Part shown: in pieces, positions 8,563-19,221 of the stretch
Layout of the letters: the number at the start of each line of letters is the position of its first letter
How positions within the stretch are numbered: position 1 is the stretch's first letter
Translations under genes and position numbers: made by a program
Notes under the pieces: model-generated
The model's database searches: none
What the model was told of the DNA's origin: nothing
Seen by the model: the letters and a program-made list of their open reading frames with translations, nothing else
Assembly: GCA_011364925.1 (NCBI GenBank)
Contig: RDOA01000013.1
Coordinates: forward strand, 16,205-80,204
Reading direction: 5' to 3'
Source of the DNA: Promethearchaeota archaeon
Lineage (GTDB): Archaea > Asgardarchaeota > Lokiarchaeia > Sigyniarchaeales > SOKP01
Length of the DNA: 64,000 bases

Positions 8563-9756
8563 TTGGATATGTATTTACTAAAATCAAATTATATTTCGTT
8601 CTTCGTTGTTTATTTCATTATAAGTCTTATTAATACGCTTGTAACGCTATACATCCCTATCTTCATGTTAATTACTTTAGATGTGAACAGAATTGAATTA
8701 GCATACATTCAATTCCTCTCTTATTTATCGCTCTTCTTAGGACCAATCACTGGTTTTTTTTTTGATAAATTTACGCATAAGAAGAAACAAATAATTTTAA
8801 TCTCAAGTGTGCTTCTTTTTTGCAGTTTCGCTTTTTTCAATTTAAATTTTGATAATTTATCATTTTTTGGAATATTTTTGGCTTTAAATTTTACCTGCGG
8901 TCTTCTAATCAAAGCTGGAATGAGCAAACTAATGTTGGAAGCTTCAGAACAAAAAAGCATTCAAAAAAACATAATTTTAATATCAAATGCTAGCGGTTCG
9001 TTTGGAAGTATTATTCCTATTATTGTGTTTAATGTGTTAATTTCGGATGTAGAATCTATTAATTTATGGACTCTATTTTTTAATATCTGCTGGATATTAT
9101 CTTCCCCTATTTTAACGAGTTATGCTCTAATTAAAGATAAACATCCGAAAATCAATATCAAAGTTAAGAGAATAACTTTAGATCAAAAAGATCCTACTAA
9201 AATTAAAGAGCGAAAATATGGTTTAGTGCTTATGTTTTTAACTAACTTTTTTATTTGGGGTGATAAACTTCTTGAGTATCCTTTTACATCATGGATTCTC
9301 TCTAAATATGGCGAGATTGGACTTTTAAACTATACCTATCTATTTTTTATTTTTTCGTATTTATATATGGGCGGGTGGTTTATTTCAAGACGCCTTATAA
9401 ACCAATATAGGTCAAGAGTGTATCTTTCGAGTTCAATTGTTTTATACGCTCTTTTAATGTTTCCTCTTATTTATTCTAATATAACATTATTCCTATTACT
9501 TAATGCGATAAATAAAATAGTTTCAGGTGTTATGATGTCGCAACTTACTGAACGAAATGTTGATGTTTCAAAATCGAATAATAACAGTGCTCTGGCGTAT
9601 GAAATCATAAGGAGTGCGAGTTTGCTAGCTAACTTTATATTTGTTCCCTTAGGAACTTTGTTAAGTTCCTTTGTGCCTACTGAAATTATAGTTATAATTG
9701 TTGGATTTATGGCAATATTTTCAATAACGCCGATTTATGTAAGTAAAATTAATTAG
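8563..9756 (+). CDS. MFS transporter
   Basis: About 12 hydrophobic segments; GFFFDKFTHKK resembles MFS motif A. Confidence 0.75.
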   Translation: MDMYLLKSNYISFFVVYFIISLINTLVTLYIPIFMLITLDVNRIELAYIQFLSYLSLFLGPITGFFFDKFTHKKKQIILISSVLLFCSFAFFNLNFDNLSFFGIFLALNFTCGLLIKAGMSKLMLEASEQKSIQKNIILISNASGSFGSIIPIIVFNVLISDVESINLWTLFFNICWILSSPILTSYALIKDKHPKINIKVKRITLDQKDPTKIKERKYGLVLMFLTNFFIWGDKLLEYPFTSWILSKYGEIGLLNYTYLFFIFSYLYMGGWFISRRLINQYRSRVYLSSSIVLYALLMFPLIYSNITLFLLLNAINKIVSGVMMSQLTERNVDVSKSNNNSALAYEIIRSASLLANFIFVPLGTLLSSFVPTEIIVIIVGFMAIFSITPIYVSKIN

Positions 9757-10933
9757 TTAAATTACCATTCTCCATTATCTGTTTTTTAGTTCCGTCCTTA
9801 TATTCCACAGTAATGTTAGCTCGGGGTGCGGTGACGAAATCCCAATGAACCTGGGAAACTGAAGTGCCTCCCATCATTCTATTAGATCCAAATGCGACAT
9901 GGATACTTCCGTTGATTTTTTCGTCTGTAAGTATATAACCGATCGCCTTTGTTATTTCTGGATTGCATCCAATTCCTAATTCAGCAACATTATAAGTTCG
10001 TATTTCTGGTAAATTCTTATCTCTATCTATTTTTTCACCCTGCTTAAATGTATTAACTAAATCATTTAGATTCTCATCAGCAGTAACTTCATCAAGTAAC
10101 AGTTTCCCATCTTTGAATTTCAGATCTATATTTTTGACAATTTTATTACTTAATCTATCTCTTGTTAATGGACAAAATAGAGATCCTTCTCCCATTTTCT
10201 CGTGCGGAGGAAAAAATACTTCACCAGCTGGTAAATTCCCACCTAATAAACCTATTGCTATTCTCTCATTAGTTAATAACCCGTTATCAAGAATTTTTGC
10301 TCGATCTTGGATGTTCACCCAAAAATTAGTTCCTAATTCGTCTGTGACGTAAACTTTCTTAGCGTTTATAAAGCGACTCCCTAAACTCTCCGTTATTTCA
10401 TTCATTTTCTCTTGTGGAACGCTTGTACCCCCTACAATGAACTTTTCTAATAATTCGTATTCGACGTTATAATAATTCGCAGCTTTTTTAGAAGGCCAAC
10501 CTGCGTAGCACCATTTCTTTCCTGGTGCATACTCTTCTTTACCTCCATAAAGCACATCTCTAATTGGAGCTGCATATTTATTTCTTGCATTCAATTTTTC
10601 TCTTGGAGCCCTACTTCGAACTCCTGGATCTTCATTAGGTTCAATAACAATATAAGCGTCAATATTTTCAAGCAATTTCAAATAATGGAGAGGTGTAATC
10701 TCTAAAATGTTGCTACTGATTCTCGAGTCTTGAAACATAGTTTCATCGAAATAATCGCTATTAGATGTAATTACAGGTATTCCATCGTTTCGGTAGACTT
10801 CCAGCGCTATTTCTTCCAATAGATCTTGACAATAAATTCCGCCCTTCACCAGGACATTTTCGCCAATATTTTGAATATTTATTGCGTTAACAATGTTTTT
10901 AGCACAAAGCATAATTTTTTCTTTGTCAACCAT
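9749..10933 (-). CDS. Aminopeptidase, thermophilic metalloprotease M29 family
   Basis: GNLPAGEVF, AELGIGCNP, TDEKINGSIHVAFG, VHWDF. Confidence 0.9.
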   Translation of the reverse strand: MVDKEKIMLCAKNIVNAINIQNIGENVLVKGGIYCQDLLEEIALEVYRNDGIPVITSNSDYFDETMFQDSRISSNILEITPLHYLKLLENIDAYIVIEPNEDPGVRSRAPREKLNARNKYAAPIRDVLYGGKEEYAPGKKWCYAGWPSKKAANYYNVEYELLEKFIVGGTSVPQEKMNEITESLGSRFINAKKVYVTDELGTNFWVNIQDRAKILDNGLLTNERIAIGLLGGNLPAGEVFFPPHEKMGEGSLFCPLTRDRLSNKIVKNIDLKFKDGKLLLDEVTADENLNDLVNTFKQGEKIDRDKNLPEIRTYNVAELGIGCNPEITKAIGYILTDEKINGSIHVAFGSNRMMGGTSVSQVHWDFVTAPRANITVEYKDGTKKQIMENGNLTN

Positions 10934-11123
10934 AACTGAGAAAATTATTGTTCTTTAATATTAATTACTCTGAATTTAGTTTATCACTTTAAATAAGGTT
11001 TAAAAGTATCTTTAATCAACAGTAGATTTATTACATATAATTGTTAATATTAAAATATCAGTCGATTGAATTCTTAGTAAAATAAACTAAGACTATTACT
11101 TTAATAACAAACACATCAGAAGT

Positions 11124-11588
11124 ATGGTTATACGAGAAGTAGGCTTATTATTTCGAGGTTTTACTCTAGTAAAGAAAAGCTTTCATAAAACTACTGTTGG
11201 AAAAATTGATGCTGATCTAAGAAGTGGATTACTCACCGCACTTTTAAATTTCGCAGAAACAGCATTTTCTACAGGATCAGTTGAATATTTTCAAGGAAAT
11301 AGATTTACAATAGCGTTTATAAATTCGACAATCATTTCAGAAGATTCTATGGAGCCAGAATTGTTATTATCATATGCGATCATAGATAGGCAAAAAAAAA
11401 TTGATAAATTCATCCGTAAAACCATTAATCCTTTATTACAAAAGGTTACTCAAGAATTCAAGTCGCAAAATGATGGGAAAAATCTATCAGAAGTCTCTCA
11501 ATTTAAAAATTTTAAAACTTCACTTGATAAAATCTTTGGTTCAAGTACAAAAGTAGTAGATCAGAAGCTCGACGGCGTTTTTTTTTAA
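11124..11588 (+). CDS. Longin/roadblock-like domain protein
   Basis: DADLRSGLLTALLNFAE helix after an N-terminal beta hairpin, as in Asgard longin-like proteins. Confidence 0.6.
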   Translation: MVIREVGLLFRGFTLVKKSFHKTTVGKIDADLRSGLLTALLNFAETAFSTGSVEYFQGNRFTIAFINSTIISEDSMEPELLLSYAIIDRQKKIDKFIRKTINPLLQKVTQEFKSQNDGKNLSEVSQFKNFKTSLDKIFGSSTKVVDQKLDGVFF

Positions 11589-11605
11589 TTTAACTTAAAA
11601 TTAAC

Positions 11606-12559
11606 TTATTTAGTTGCTTTTTTCAAATACCATAATATTAAAGGTAATGCGATTGTAGCATCAGCAATAACCGTTGAATATTTAGCTTTTTCATTTACCT
11701 TTCCCCAAGATACTGCTTCGGTCAATGTGGCACCAGATAAACCACCTTGTTCTGGACGGTCCATTGTTATCTGAATTGCATACGATGCTGAATTAGGACA
11801 AAATTGAAGCGATTGCATTATAAAATTTTTTGGTACTCCTCCTCCAACGATACACACTCCAGCTTTTTTTGCATCCCACGCTAAATCTACCATTTTTAAC
11901 ATGTCTATGAAATGATTAAAATTTAAATTCTGGTGATGAAATCCTAATTGCAATGCCAAACCTGAATCAGTAAACGCTGGACAAAAGATAGGAATATTCT
12001 TTTCTGCGCAAATTTTTAAAATAGAATTATCGTTTTTTGGGAGTGTGTCTCCAAGGAACTTTAAAAATGAGCTTACAGGCATATTTGGATCAGGAATTTC
12101 CAATTTTGATACAAATCCCTCAATGCCCTCGTACACATTATTAGGCAAAAACACATCATAAATCCGGTTTAAATCTTGGTTATGTAGCTCAGAATCGCTC
12201 ATTTCTGTAACATTTAAATTCCCTTGTAAATGATGAAAACCTAGAGTTTCTGCGATATCATGAGTTAAAGAAGCTCCCGTAGTAACAAGAATATCAATAT
12301 ATCCCTCTTCTATAAAATCGTGGATAATTTTTTGCATTCCTGCTGGAACTAACGCTCCTGCTAATCCAAAAAATTTTACGCAATCCTTATCCCGAATCAT
12401 TTGTTTATAAATTTCGCACGCAATAGCGAGGCGTTTCGCGTTAAATCCCGTACTTTTTAAAGAAGACATTAAATTAACAATATCATCATCATCTTCTATT
12501 TTAAACTGATTTACTTCCTTCATTAATTCTCTAATATTCTCTTTTGTTATAATTATCAC
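11606..12559 (-). CDS. dys: Deoxyhypusine synthase
   Basis: TGFNA, CPAFTDSG, GGGVPKN, GGLSGATLTEAVSWGK (catalytic Lys), DATIALP. Confidence 0.95.
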   Translation of the reverse strand: MIIITKENIRELMKEVNQFKIEDDDDIVNLMSSLKSTGFNAKRLAIACEIYKQMIRDKDCVKFFGLAGALVPAGMQKIIHDFIEEGYIDILVTTGASLTHDIAETLGFHHLQGNLNVTEMSDSELHNQDLNRIYDVFLPNNVYEGIEGFVSKLEIPDPNMPVSSFLKFLGDTLPKNDNSILKICAEKNIPIFCPAFTDSGLALQLGFHHQNLNFNHFIDMLKMVDLAWDAKKAGVCIVGGGVPKNFIMQSLQFCPNSASYAIQITMDRPEQGGLSGATLTEAVSWGKVNEKAKYSTVIADATIALPLILWYLKKATK

Positions 12560-12560
12560 T

Positions 12561-13463
12561 TTATTTTGTTGTGGAAATAAAAGAAATTAATTCAATTATT
12601 AATTTGGCTGCAAGGTTTGAAGTTACATTATTAGCGAGATCTAAATTAGGATATACTTCTACTAAATCAAAACCAATTATACTAATGCTTTTTGTGAGTT
12701 GTCTAAAAATTTGCCATAACTCACGATAGGAAAGTCCACCAGGGATAGCATATCCTGTTCCAGGTGCTATGGAGGGATCCAAAACATCGATATCTATTGA
12801 GACATAAACGCTGTTTATTTGAGTTTTCTTAAAGAATTCAATGATTTTTTCGGCGAATGAGTCTACTCCGATGTCGTGAAGCAAATACGCGTTCAAATGG
12901 GATATGTGTTCGTTTTTAGCGATATCTAACTCCGGGATGTCTATATCTCTCGTGCCAACAATAAGCAAATTGTTTTGGGAGATGAAATCTAAATCGTAAA
13001 TACGATGTGAGACAGTTGCGTGAGAATATTCACCCTTATCGTAATTATCGTATAGATCGAGATGAGCATCGAAGATAAGGATTCCCACATTGTCTTTATC
13101 ATCTATCAAATACTCAATTGTTTTTATAACGGGGTATGTGCAGAAATGATCACCTCCAACCATTATTGGGATCGCATTTTTATTTTGTTTAAATATCGAG
13201 TTTATAAAACGGGAAATCTCTTTAATGTTGGTTTCTGTATTCAATGGGTCAATGCGTACGTCTCCAACATCTACAACTCTCAAATTTGGTATCTCTATTC
13301 CCATTTCAGTTGTTAAAGCTAAATTTTTTGTTATTTCACGTATCTTTTGTGGAGCTTTTGAGGAATCTGCCCCTTCAAGAGTACTTAGAGAGTCCCAGGG
13401 GATTCCAAAAAACACAAATTCTGTAAAACTATCAATCATTTCGCCAAAATCAAAAAATGTCAT
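12561..13463 (-). CDS. speB: Agmatinase (ureohydrolase)
   Basis: GGDH, DAHLD, SIDIDVLDPSIAPGTG, DLVEV. Confidence 0.92.
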   Translation of the reverse strand: MTFFDFGEMIDSFTEFVFFGIPWDSLSTLEGADSSKAPQKIREITKNLALTTEMGIEIPNLRVVDVGDVRIDPLNTETNIKEISRFINSIFKQNKNAIPIMVGGDHFCTYPVIKTIEYLIDDKDNVGILIFDAHLDLYDNYDKGEYSHATVSHRIYDLDFISQNNLLIVGTRDIDIPELDIAKNEHISHLNAYLLHDIGVDSFAEKIIEFFKKTQINSVYVSIDIDVLDPSIAPGTGYAIPGGLSYRELWQIFRQLTKSISIIGFDLVEVYPNLDLANNVTSNLAAKLIIELISFISTTK

Positions 13464-13485
13464 GATAAAATCTCGTTTTTTTAAA

Positions 13486-15219
13486 TCACATTTGATTTAA
13501 TGTGTCTATGCCCATTATATCTAGTCCAATTTTGATGACAATTTGGACACACATAATAAGCAAGAGTCTTGCTTTTTCTAGTTCTTTATCATCAGATAGC
13601 ACTTGACACACAGAATAAAATGAATTAAAGGCTTGACATAAGGTAAGTAGATATTGAGGGATTAAATGAATAAGGTACGTTTTTTCCACAGTTTCAATTA
13701 TTTCAGGAAAATATGCGAGTTGTTTAATTAAAAATCGTTCCTTTTCATGGGTCAATAATTGCCAATTTATGTTCAAATCTATATCTTGATCAGTTTTTGA
13801 GATTATAGATGCGATTCTAGCGAAACAATACTGAATATAAGGACCTGTTTCACCCTCAAATGATATGCTCTCATCTGGTTTAAATATAAATCCTTTAGCA
13901 TAATTATACTTCAATATATAGAATATGATTGCTGCCAAACTAATTTTTTCTGCTCTACTTTTCTTTTCACTATCAGATAACAATGGATACCTTTTATTAA
14001 CCTCTTCAAATGCGAGTTTTTCTACTTCTTCTATAACATCATCTGCATCAACAATCGTTCCTTCTCGGCTTTTCATTTTTCCGCTAGGTAAATCGATCAT
14101 TCCATACGATAAGTGGAAATTATCTTCCTTAAAACCCAGCATATCCAAAAGAGCAAAAAGCCACTTGAAGTGTTGTATTTGTTCATCAGCCACTACATAA
14201 ATGGATTTGTCGTAATTGAAATCTTCCTTCTTCCTATAAGCTAAGTAAATATCTTGGGTTATGTAGATAGAAGTCCCATCACTTCTAATTAAGATTTTAT
14301 CTTCAAGATTATATTTATCTTTTAACCTCGCAATAACGGCTCCATCATCAGTATATTCAAATATTCCTTCCTTAAGTCCATCTAGAATCTTCTCTTTGCC
14401 TGAAAGATACAACTCATGCTCATAATATTCTTTGTCAAATTTTATGTCAAATTTAGCAAATGTTTTCTTAAAACCATCTATAGCCCATTGATTCATCTTA
14501 TTCCATAAATCAAGTGTTTCTTTATCTCCAGCTTCCCAGGATATCAATAAATCTTGAGCTTCCTTGGCTAAGGATTCATCTTCTTTAGCCTTATTATTAT
14601 AAAGCACATAAAAATCTCCGACAAAATGATCGCTTTTTCTATCTGGTTCTATTCCATTTCCCCATTTTTTATAAGCAAGCATACTTTTACAGATATGAAT
14701 TCCACGGTCATTATATAAATTAACTTGAAAAACTTCATGCTTTTTGTATTGTAACAAATTGGACAAAGATTTTCCTAAAACAATATTTCTTACATGACCA
14801 AAATGGAGTGGTTTATTAGTGTTTGGAGAAGGATACTCAATTACAATCCTTTGTTTATTTTTTTTTTCTGAGTCATATCTTCCTATTCCGTAATCACTTT
14901 TTAACTCGAAAATATTTTGAAGTATAGACTTTGGATTAATTTTAAAATTTAAGTACGGACCAGTTGCTTCTATTTTTTCAATGAACTCTGGTTTAACAAT
15001 CTTACCTAATAATTCTTGAGCTATTTGATTTGGAGCTTTTTTGAGAAATTTTGAAAGTTTGAAACAAGGAAATGCGTAGGTGAAGTCAATTTCCGGAGGA
15101 GGAATTTCAATTGATGATTCTATTTCTTCTACGCTAAGCCCTGAAATATATTCTTTCAGAAGCTCTGCTATTGATCTTTTATCAATCAGTTTCATTTTCA
15201 GTTTCCTTTCGACTTCCAA
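13486..15219 (-). CDS. argS: Arginine--tRNA ligase
   Basis: EYPSPNTNKPLHFGHVRN (HIGH-like), KMKSREG, GETGPYIQY; start may be the ATG 8 codons downstream. Confidence 0.97.
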   Translation of the reverse strand: MEVERKLKMKLIDKRSIAELLKEYISGLSVEEIESSIEIPPPEIDFTYAFPCFKLSKFLKKAPNQIAQELLGKIVKPEFIEKIEATGPYLNFKINPKSILQNIFELKSDYGIGRYDSEKKNKQRIVIEYPSPNTNKPLHFGHVRNIVLGKSLSNLLQYKKHEVFQVNLYNDRGIHICKSMLAYKKWGNGIEPDRKSDHFVGDFYVLYNNKAKEDESLAKEAQDLLISWEAGDKETLDLWNKMNQWAIDGFKKTFAKFDIKFDKEYYEHELYLSGKEKILDGLKEGIFEYTDDGAVIARLKDKYNLEDKILIRSDGTSIYITQDIYLAYRKKEDFNYDKSIYVVADEQIQHFKWLFALLDMLGFKEDNFHLSYGMIDLPSGKMKSREGTIVDADDVIEEVEKLAFEEVNKRYPLLSDSEKKSRAEKISLAAIIFYILKYNYAKGFIFKPDESISFEGETGPYIQYCFARIASIISKTDQDIDLNINWQLLTHEKERFLIKQLAYFPEIIETVEKTYLIHLIPQYLLTLCQAFNSFYSVCQVLSDDKELEKARLLLIMCVQIVIKIGLDIMGIDTLNQM

Positions 15220-15325
15220 ACTTTATATTTCTCTATTGAATGAAACTTTTATCTGTTTTGTTAAATTTATTTAGAATAACTCATAAAATTTATGATTGTC
15301 TATTAATAAAAGGGTTGATTTACTT

Positions 15326-16540
15326 ATGCCGTTTGAACAAGAAGCGAGAAAAAATTTTCCTAAATGGCCTATTTACAACGATGAAGATATAGAAGCTCTA
15401 ACAAATGTTATAAACTCGGGTAATTGGTGGTGTGGGGCTCCCGGTGCGCACCAAGGAAATAATGTTTGGGCGTTTCAGGAAGAATTTTCAAAGCTTCAAG
15501 GAGCAAAATACTGTGTAGCGGTTTGTAATGGCACTGTGGCGATAGAAGCTGCGCTAATGGGGTTAGATATCGGTCTGGGTGACGAGGTAATAGTTCCTGA
15601 TTATACTTTCGTAGCCTCGGCCTCAGCAGTAATTGCAACGAATGCGATTCCAATATTTTGTGATATAGATCCCGAGACTCTCGTATTAGATGTTAATAAG
15701 ATTGAGAAATTAATCTCAAAAAGAACCAAAGCTATCGTACCCGTTCACTTAGGAGGGAATCCTACAGATATGGAACCTCTAATGGAAATTGCTACCAAAC
15801 TTGATTTGTGCGTGGTCGAGGATTGTGCTCACGCGCATGGTTCAGTATATAAAGATAAAAAAGTGGGAAATTGGGGCAACGCGGGCGCCTTTAGTTTTCA
15901 AGCGTCAAAAGTTCTTACAAGTGGAGAAGGGGGAGCTATACTTTGTAATACTGAAGAATTAGCCGATAAAATTTATTCTTATATTGATTGTGGGAGGAAG
16001 AAGAATCAACACTTTTATAAGCATTTCTCTTATGGGACGAATTATAGAATGACAGAATACCAAGCAGCAGTTTTAAGAACTCAAATAAAGAAATTTCCCA
16101 CGCAACATGAGCTTCGAAATGAAAATGCCCGTTACTTGATGAATAAATTAAACGAAATTGATGGTATAAAAACAATGAAACCTACTCTGGGAACTACTAG
16201 TTTAGGATGGTATGTGTTTCCTATCGTGTTTGAGCCTGATAAATTTGGAGGAATGACCAAATTAGAATTTAAAAGAAAACTGAACAGAAATGGAATCCCA
16301 ACCGATGATAATTATCCTCCTCTTCACAGTTTAGATTGTTTTAAAGTTCCCAATTTAAAAAAAGGAATTGATTATTCTGATGCTAATTGGGGTGGAGAAA
16401 AAAGCAGCGATATAAATTTCCCTATTGTATCTGATATTTTCTCAAGAAGTATAGAATTCCCCCAACAAATGCTTTTAGCTAGTAAAGAAAAATTGGATAA
16501 TGTAGTAGACTTTGTTAAATCATTAAAACAAATGTCATAA
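15326..16540 (+). CDS. DegT-family aminotransferase (RifK/BtrR-like)
   Basis: NGTVAIE, EDCAHAHG, FSFQASKVLTSGEGG, NYRMTEYQAA; ATG at 15326. Confidence 0.9.
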   Translation: MPFEQEARKNFPKWPIYNDEDIEALTNVINSGNWWCGAPGAHQGNNVWAFQEEFSKLQGAKYCVAVCNGTVAIEAALMGLDIGLGDEVIVPDYTFVASASAVIATNAIPIFCDIDPETLVLDVNKIEKLISKRTKAIVPVHLGGNPTDMEPLMEIATKLDLCVVEDCAHAHGSVYKDKKVGNWGNAGAFSFQASKVLTSGEGGAILCNTEELADKIYSYIDCGRKKNQHFYKHFSYGTNYRMTEYQAAVLRTQIKKFPTQHELRNENARYLMNKLNEIDGIKTMKPTLGTTSLGWYVFPIVFEPDKFGGMTKLEFKRKLNRNGIPTDDNYPPLHSLDCFKVPNLKKGIDYSDANWGGEKSSDINFPIVSDIFSRSIEFPQQMLLASKEKLDNVVDFVKSLKQMS

Positions 16541-16549
16541 AAGAAACAC

Positions 16550-17593
16550 TCAAACTACTTCTTCTAGCTTTTTTGATTTTGCACTCTTATACAGTGTTTC
16601 AACTATATTTAAAATTTTATAACCAAATTCGCTATTAGTAAGAGGTTTTTGATTCTTTAACATACAATCGATGAAGTAAGCAATCTCTTGAGGATAACCA
16701 AAAGACCAAGCTTCAGAAGGCACTGGAAAGGTCCAACCCTTCGTAGTTTCAGCTTTTTCTACCGCGTAGCCGTATCCGTTTTTGCTATACACACTCATTA
16801 AATTAGAGAAAGTAGGAGCCACTTTTATTTGACCCTCTGTCCCAAATAATTCAAATCTCATATCGTACCCTCCAGGAGCCGTCCAAGACTCTTCAATTAT
16901 TACCTGTGCGTCGTTTTCAAAATACATTACTCCGATTGCGTTGTCTTCCACTTCGCAAGCTCCAAAAATCCCTCGATCTGGTTGAATAGTCTTAACTTGA
17001 CAGAAAACTTCTCTAACATCACAATCAAGGTACCAAACTAAGCACGCAACATCGTGTATTCCTAAATCTAATAAAGCACCACCTCCAGAATCTTCCAGCT
17101 TGTAAAACCAGCTAGAGTGCGGTCCTGAATGTTGTTCTTTACCTCGCCCCATATAAATATTTCCTAAAGCACCCTCCTGAACAATTTCTTTAACTTTGCT
17201 GAACGAAGGAGCATACATATTGTTTTCGCAATAAAAAATCACTTTTTTCGATGATTTTTCCATGTCTAACATTTCACTTGCTTCTAAAGTGTTTTTAGCT
17301 AAAGGTTTTTCTACAAGTGCGTGTTTACCAGATTGCAAAATATCACAGGTAATATCCTTATGTAAGTTATTTGGAACACAAGCAGAGATGGCATCACACT
17401 CCATTCGTAATAGTTCTCTATAATCTTTATAGTAGTTTTGGTCAATATTGTATTTCTTTAAAAGAATTTCGGCTTCTTTTTTGTTATTCGAGGCTATTCC
17501 TACAATTTCTACATTTGGTAATAATGAATACGAATAGCAATGGTGATCAGCAATAAAACCAGAGCCAATTATTCCTACTTTAATTTTAGTCAT
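16550..17593 (-). CDS. Gfo/Idh/MocA family oxidoreductase
   Basis: GIIGSGFIA, VEKPLA, GGGALLDLGIH. Confidence 0.93.
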   Translation of the reverse strand: MTKIKVGIIGSGFIADHHCYSYSLLPNVEIVGIASNNKKEAEILLKKYNIDQNYYKDYRELLRMECDAISACVPNNLHKDITCDILQSGKHALVEKPLAKNTLEASEMLDMEKSSKKVIFYCENNMYAPSFSKVKEIVQEGALGNIYMGRGKEQHSGPHSSWFYKLEDSGGGALLDLGIHDVACLVWYLDCDVREVFCQVKTIQPDRGIFGACEVEDNAIGVMYFENDAQVIIEESWTAPGGYDMRFELFGTEGQIKVAPTFSNLMSVYSKNGYGYAVEKAETTKGWTFPVPSEAWSFGYPQEIAYFIDCMLKNQKPLTNSEFGYKILNIVETLYKSAKSKKLEEVV

Positions 17594-17663
17594 AAGAAGA
17601 ATCCCTATACAATTATAAATTAATTATAATTTAGGTTTTCAAATTTATAATTATAGCTGGAAT

Positions 17664-18776
17664 TTACTTCCAAAATTCAGAAGAAGTGCTGAAGCTTTGA
17701 ATCTTAGAAAATGGACACGCTGCTATACAATTGCCACAATCTCCCGAATTTTCAATCCAAAAATCAAAACATTTCTCTACATCTACATAGTATTTTCTAA
17801 CACATGAATTGTTGGAAATAGAAGCTGGTTCGAACGTAGGATCTATTTCTTTTGTAATAGCTCCAGTTTCACAAGCATCAGCGCACTTATAACATGTTCT
17901 ACATACTTCTTTAACCTTTTCAATAAAGCTTAAGTTTATATCATCAGTTATTAAAGGCATATCTGTAAAAACTTTACAGATCCTAACTCTCGGACCATAT
18001 TCTGGTGTGAGTAATAATCCATTTCTCCCAAGTGCCCCTAAACCAGCATCAATCGCGAGTGGAATACTAAGTGCAGTGTCATTACCGCATTGGACTGCTC
18101 GATATCCTAAATTTCTAATGAATTCTCCAAGGCAAGCAATTGCGAAAGCCATTTTTGAATAGCCCACAGCAGCAGCTGCCGAAGCCGGTTGCGCAGGAGC
18201 TGTTGAAATTGCCACTTGATCCATTTCGATGGCCATTACTATTACTTTATCCATCCCTTCTGGTAATTCTATAGGAGTTTCTAATATTGAAACGGGTGCG
18301 TCCCCTTTTCTAATAGCTTCTTTTGAATCTGTTTCGCTAGTTGCTGCTGGCCTTATAAATCCTGATTTATAAATCCATTTCGTATCAACATTCGCAACAC
18401 CAACTAGAGATGCCCCGTAAAATTTGGCTGCTTTTTTCACTTTTGCGGTAAATGTTTTTAAATCACTTATACGATATTTTTTTCTCATCCAGTTTACGCC
18501 ATATCCAATGTCCATTAAATCCTCTCTACGCCAAGTGAAAGCAAATGGAAATTTTTCATATACGGTCCATCCTGCTGCAACCAATGCAAAATCTATTCTT
18601 GAATATCCGTCCTCTCCTGAGTTAATATGTTTATCAATATTATATTCAAACATCTTTCCATACGTAGGTAAGGATTTATCCCATAATCTCCTATAAATCA
18701 TGTTAAATTTCTGCTCGAAACGATTGTAAGATGTTTCATCAATTTCATAGGGAAATACTTGCTTTTTTGCTTGCAT
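17664..18776 (-). CDS. rdhA: Reductive dehalogenase-like cobalamin/Fe-S protein (no TAT leader)
   Basis: VKKAAKFYGASLVG, IPLAIDAGLG..GRNGLL.TPEYGPRVR, CRTCYKCADAC and CFDFW...CGNCIAACPF. Confidence 0.85.
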   Translation of the reverse strand: MQAKKQVFPYEIDETSYNRFEQKFNMIYRRLWDKSLPTYGKMFEYNIDKHINSGEDGYSRIDFALVAAGWTVYEKFPFAFTWRREDLMDIGYGVNWMRKKYRISDLKTFTAKVKKAAKFYGASLVGVANVDTKWIYKSGFIRPAATSETDSKEAIRKGDAPVSILETPIELPEGMDKVIVMAIEMDQVAISTAPAQPASAAAAVGYSKMAFAIACLGEFIRNLGYRAVQCGNDTALSIPLAIDAGLGALGRNGLLLTPEYGPRVRICKVFTDMPLITDDINLSFIEKVKEVCRTCYKCADACETGAITKEIDPTFEPASISNNSCVRKYYVDVEKCFDFWIENSGDCGNCIAACPFSKIQSFSTSSEFWK

Positions 18777-18909
18777 CTCAATCCTTATTCTCTATTAAAT
18801 TCTTTTTAACTACTTCTTAAAAGATAATCTTGTATTAAATATTATCTTAAAGCATGTAATATAAAATTTTGAGAAGAAATTTATAAGTAAAAGAATCATC
18901 TATTTCTCT

Positions 18910-19203
18910 ATGCCGATATTTATTTTAGCAACTAAACTTCAAAACCCTAATTTAGTGAAAAATCGGAAGGAACACGGTGAAGAATTCTTAAGATTAGTTA
19001 AAGATAAGGTGCCTAGTGTTTCGTGGATCGCACATTACGCGATTCTTGGACCGTATGACTTTATAGATATTTTTAAAGCCGAAAACGAGCACCAAGCAGC
19101 GAAAGTGTCTTTACTTTCCCGTACTACTGGCGCTGCCTTTGCTGAAAGCTGGACAGCAATTAAATACCCCGAATTTCTCAAATTAGTAGAAGATTTAGAA
19201 TAA
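18910..19203 (+). CDS. GYD domain protein
   Basis: YAILGPYDFIDIF motif, ~97 aa. Confidence 0.8.
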   Translation: MPIFILATKLQNPNLVKNRKEHGEEFLRLVKDKVPSVSWIAHYAILGPYDFIDIFKAENEHQAAKVSLLSRTTGAAFAESWTAIKYPEFLKLVEDLE

Positions 19204-19221
19204 TAGAATTGTTGTTTTGCT

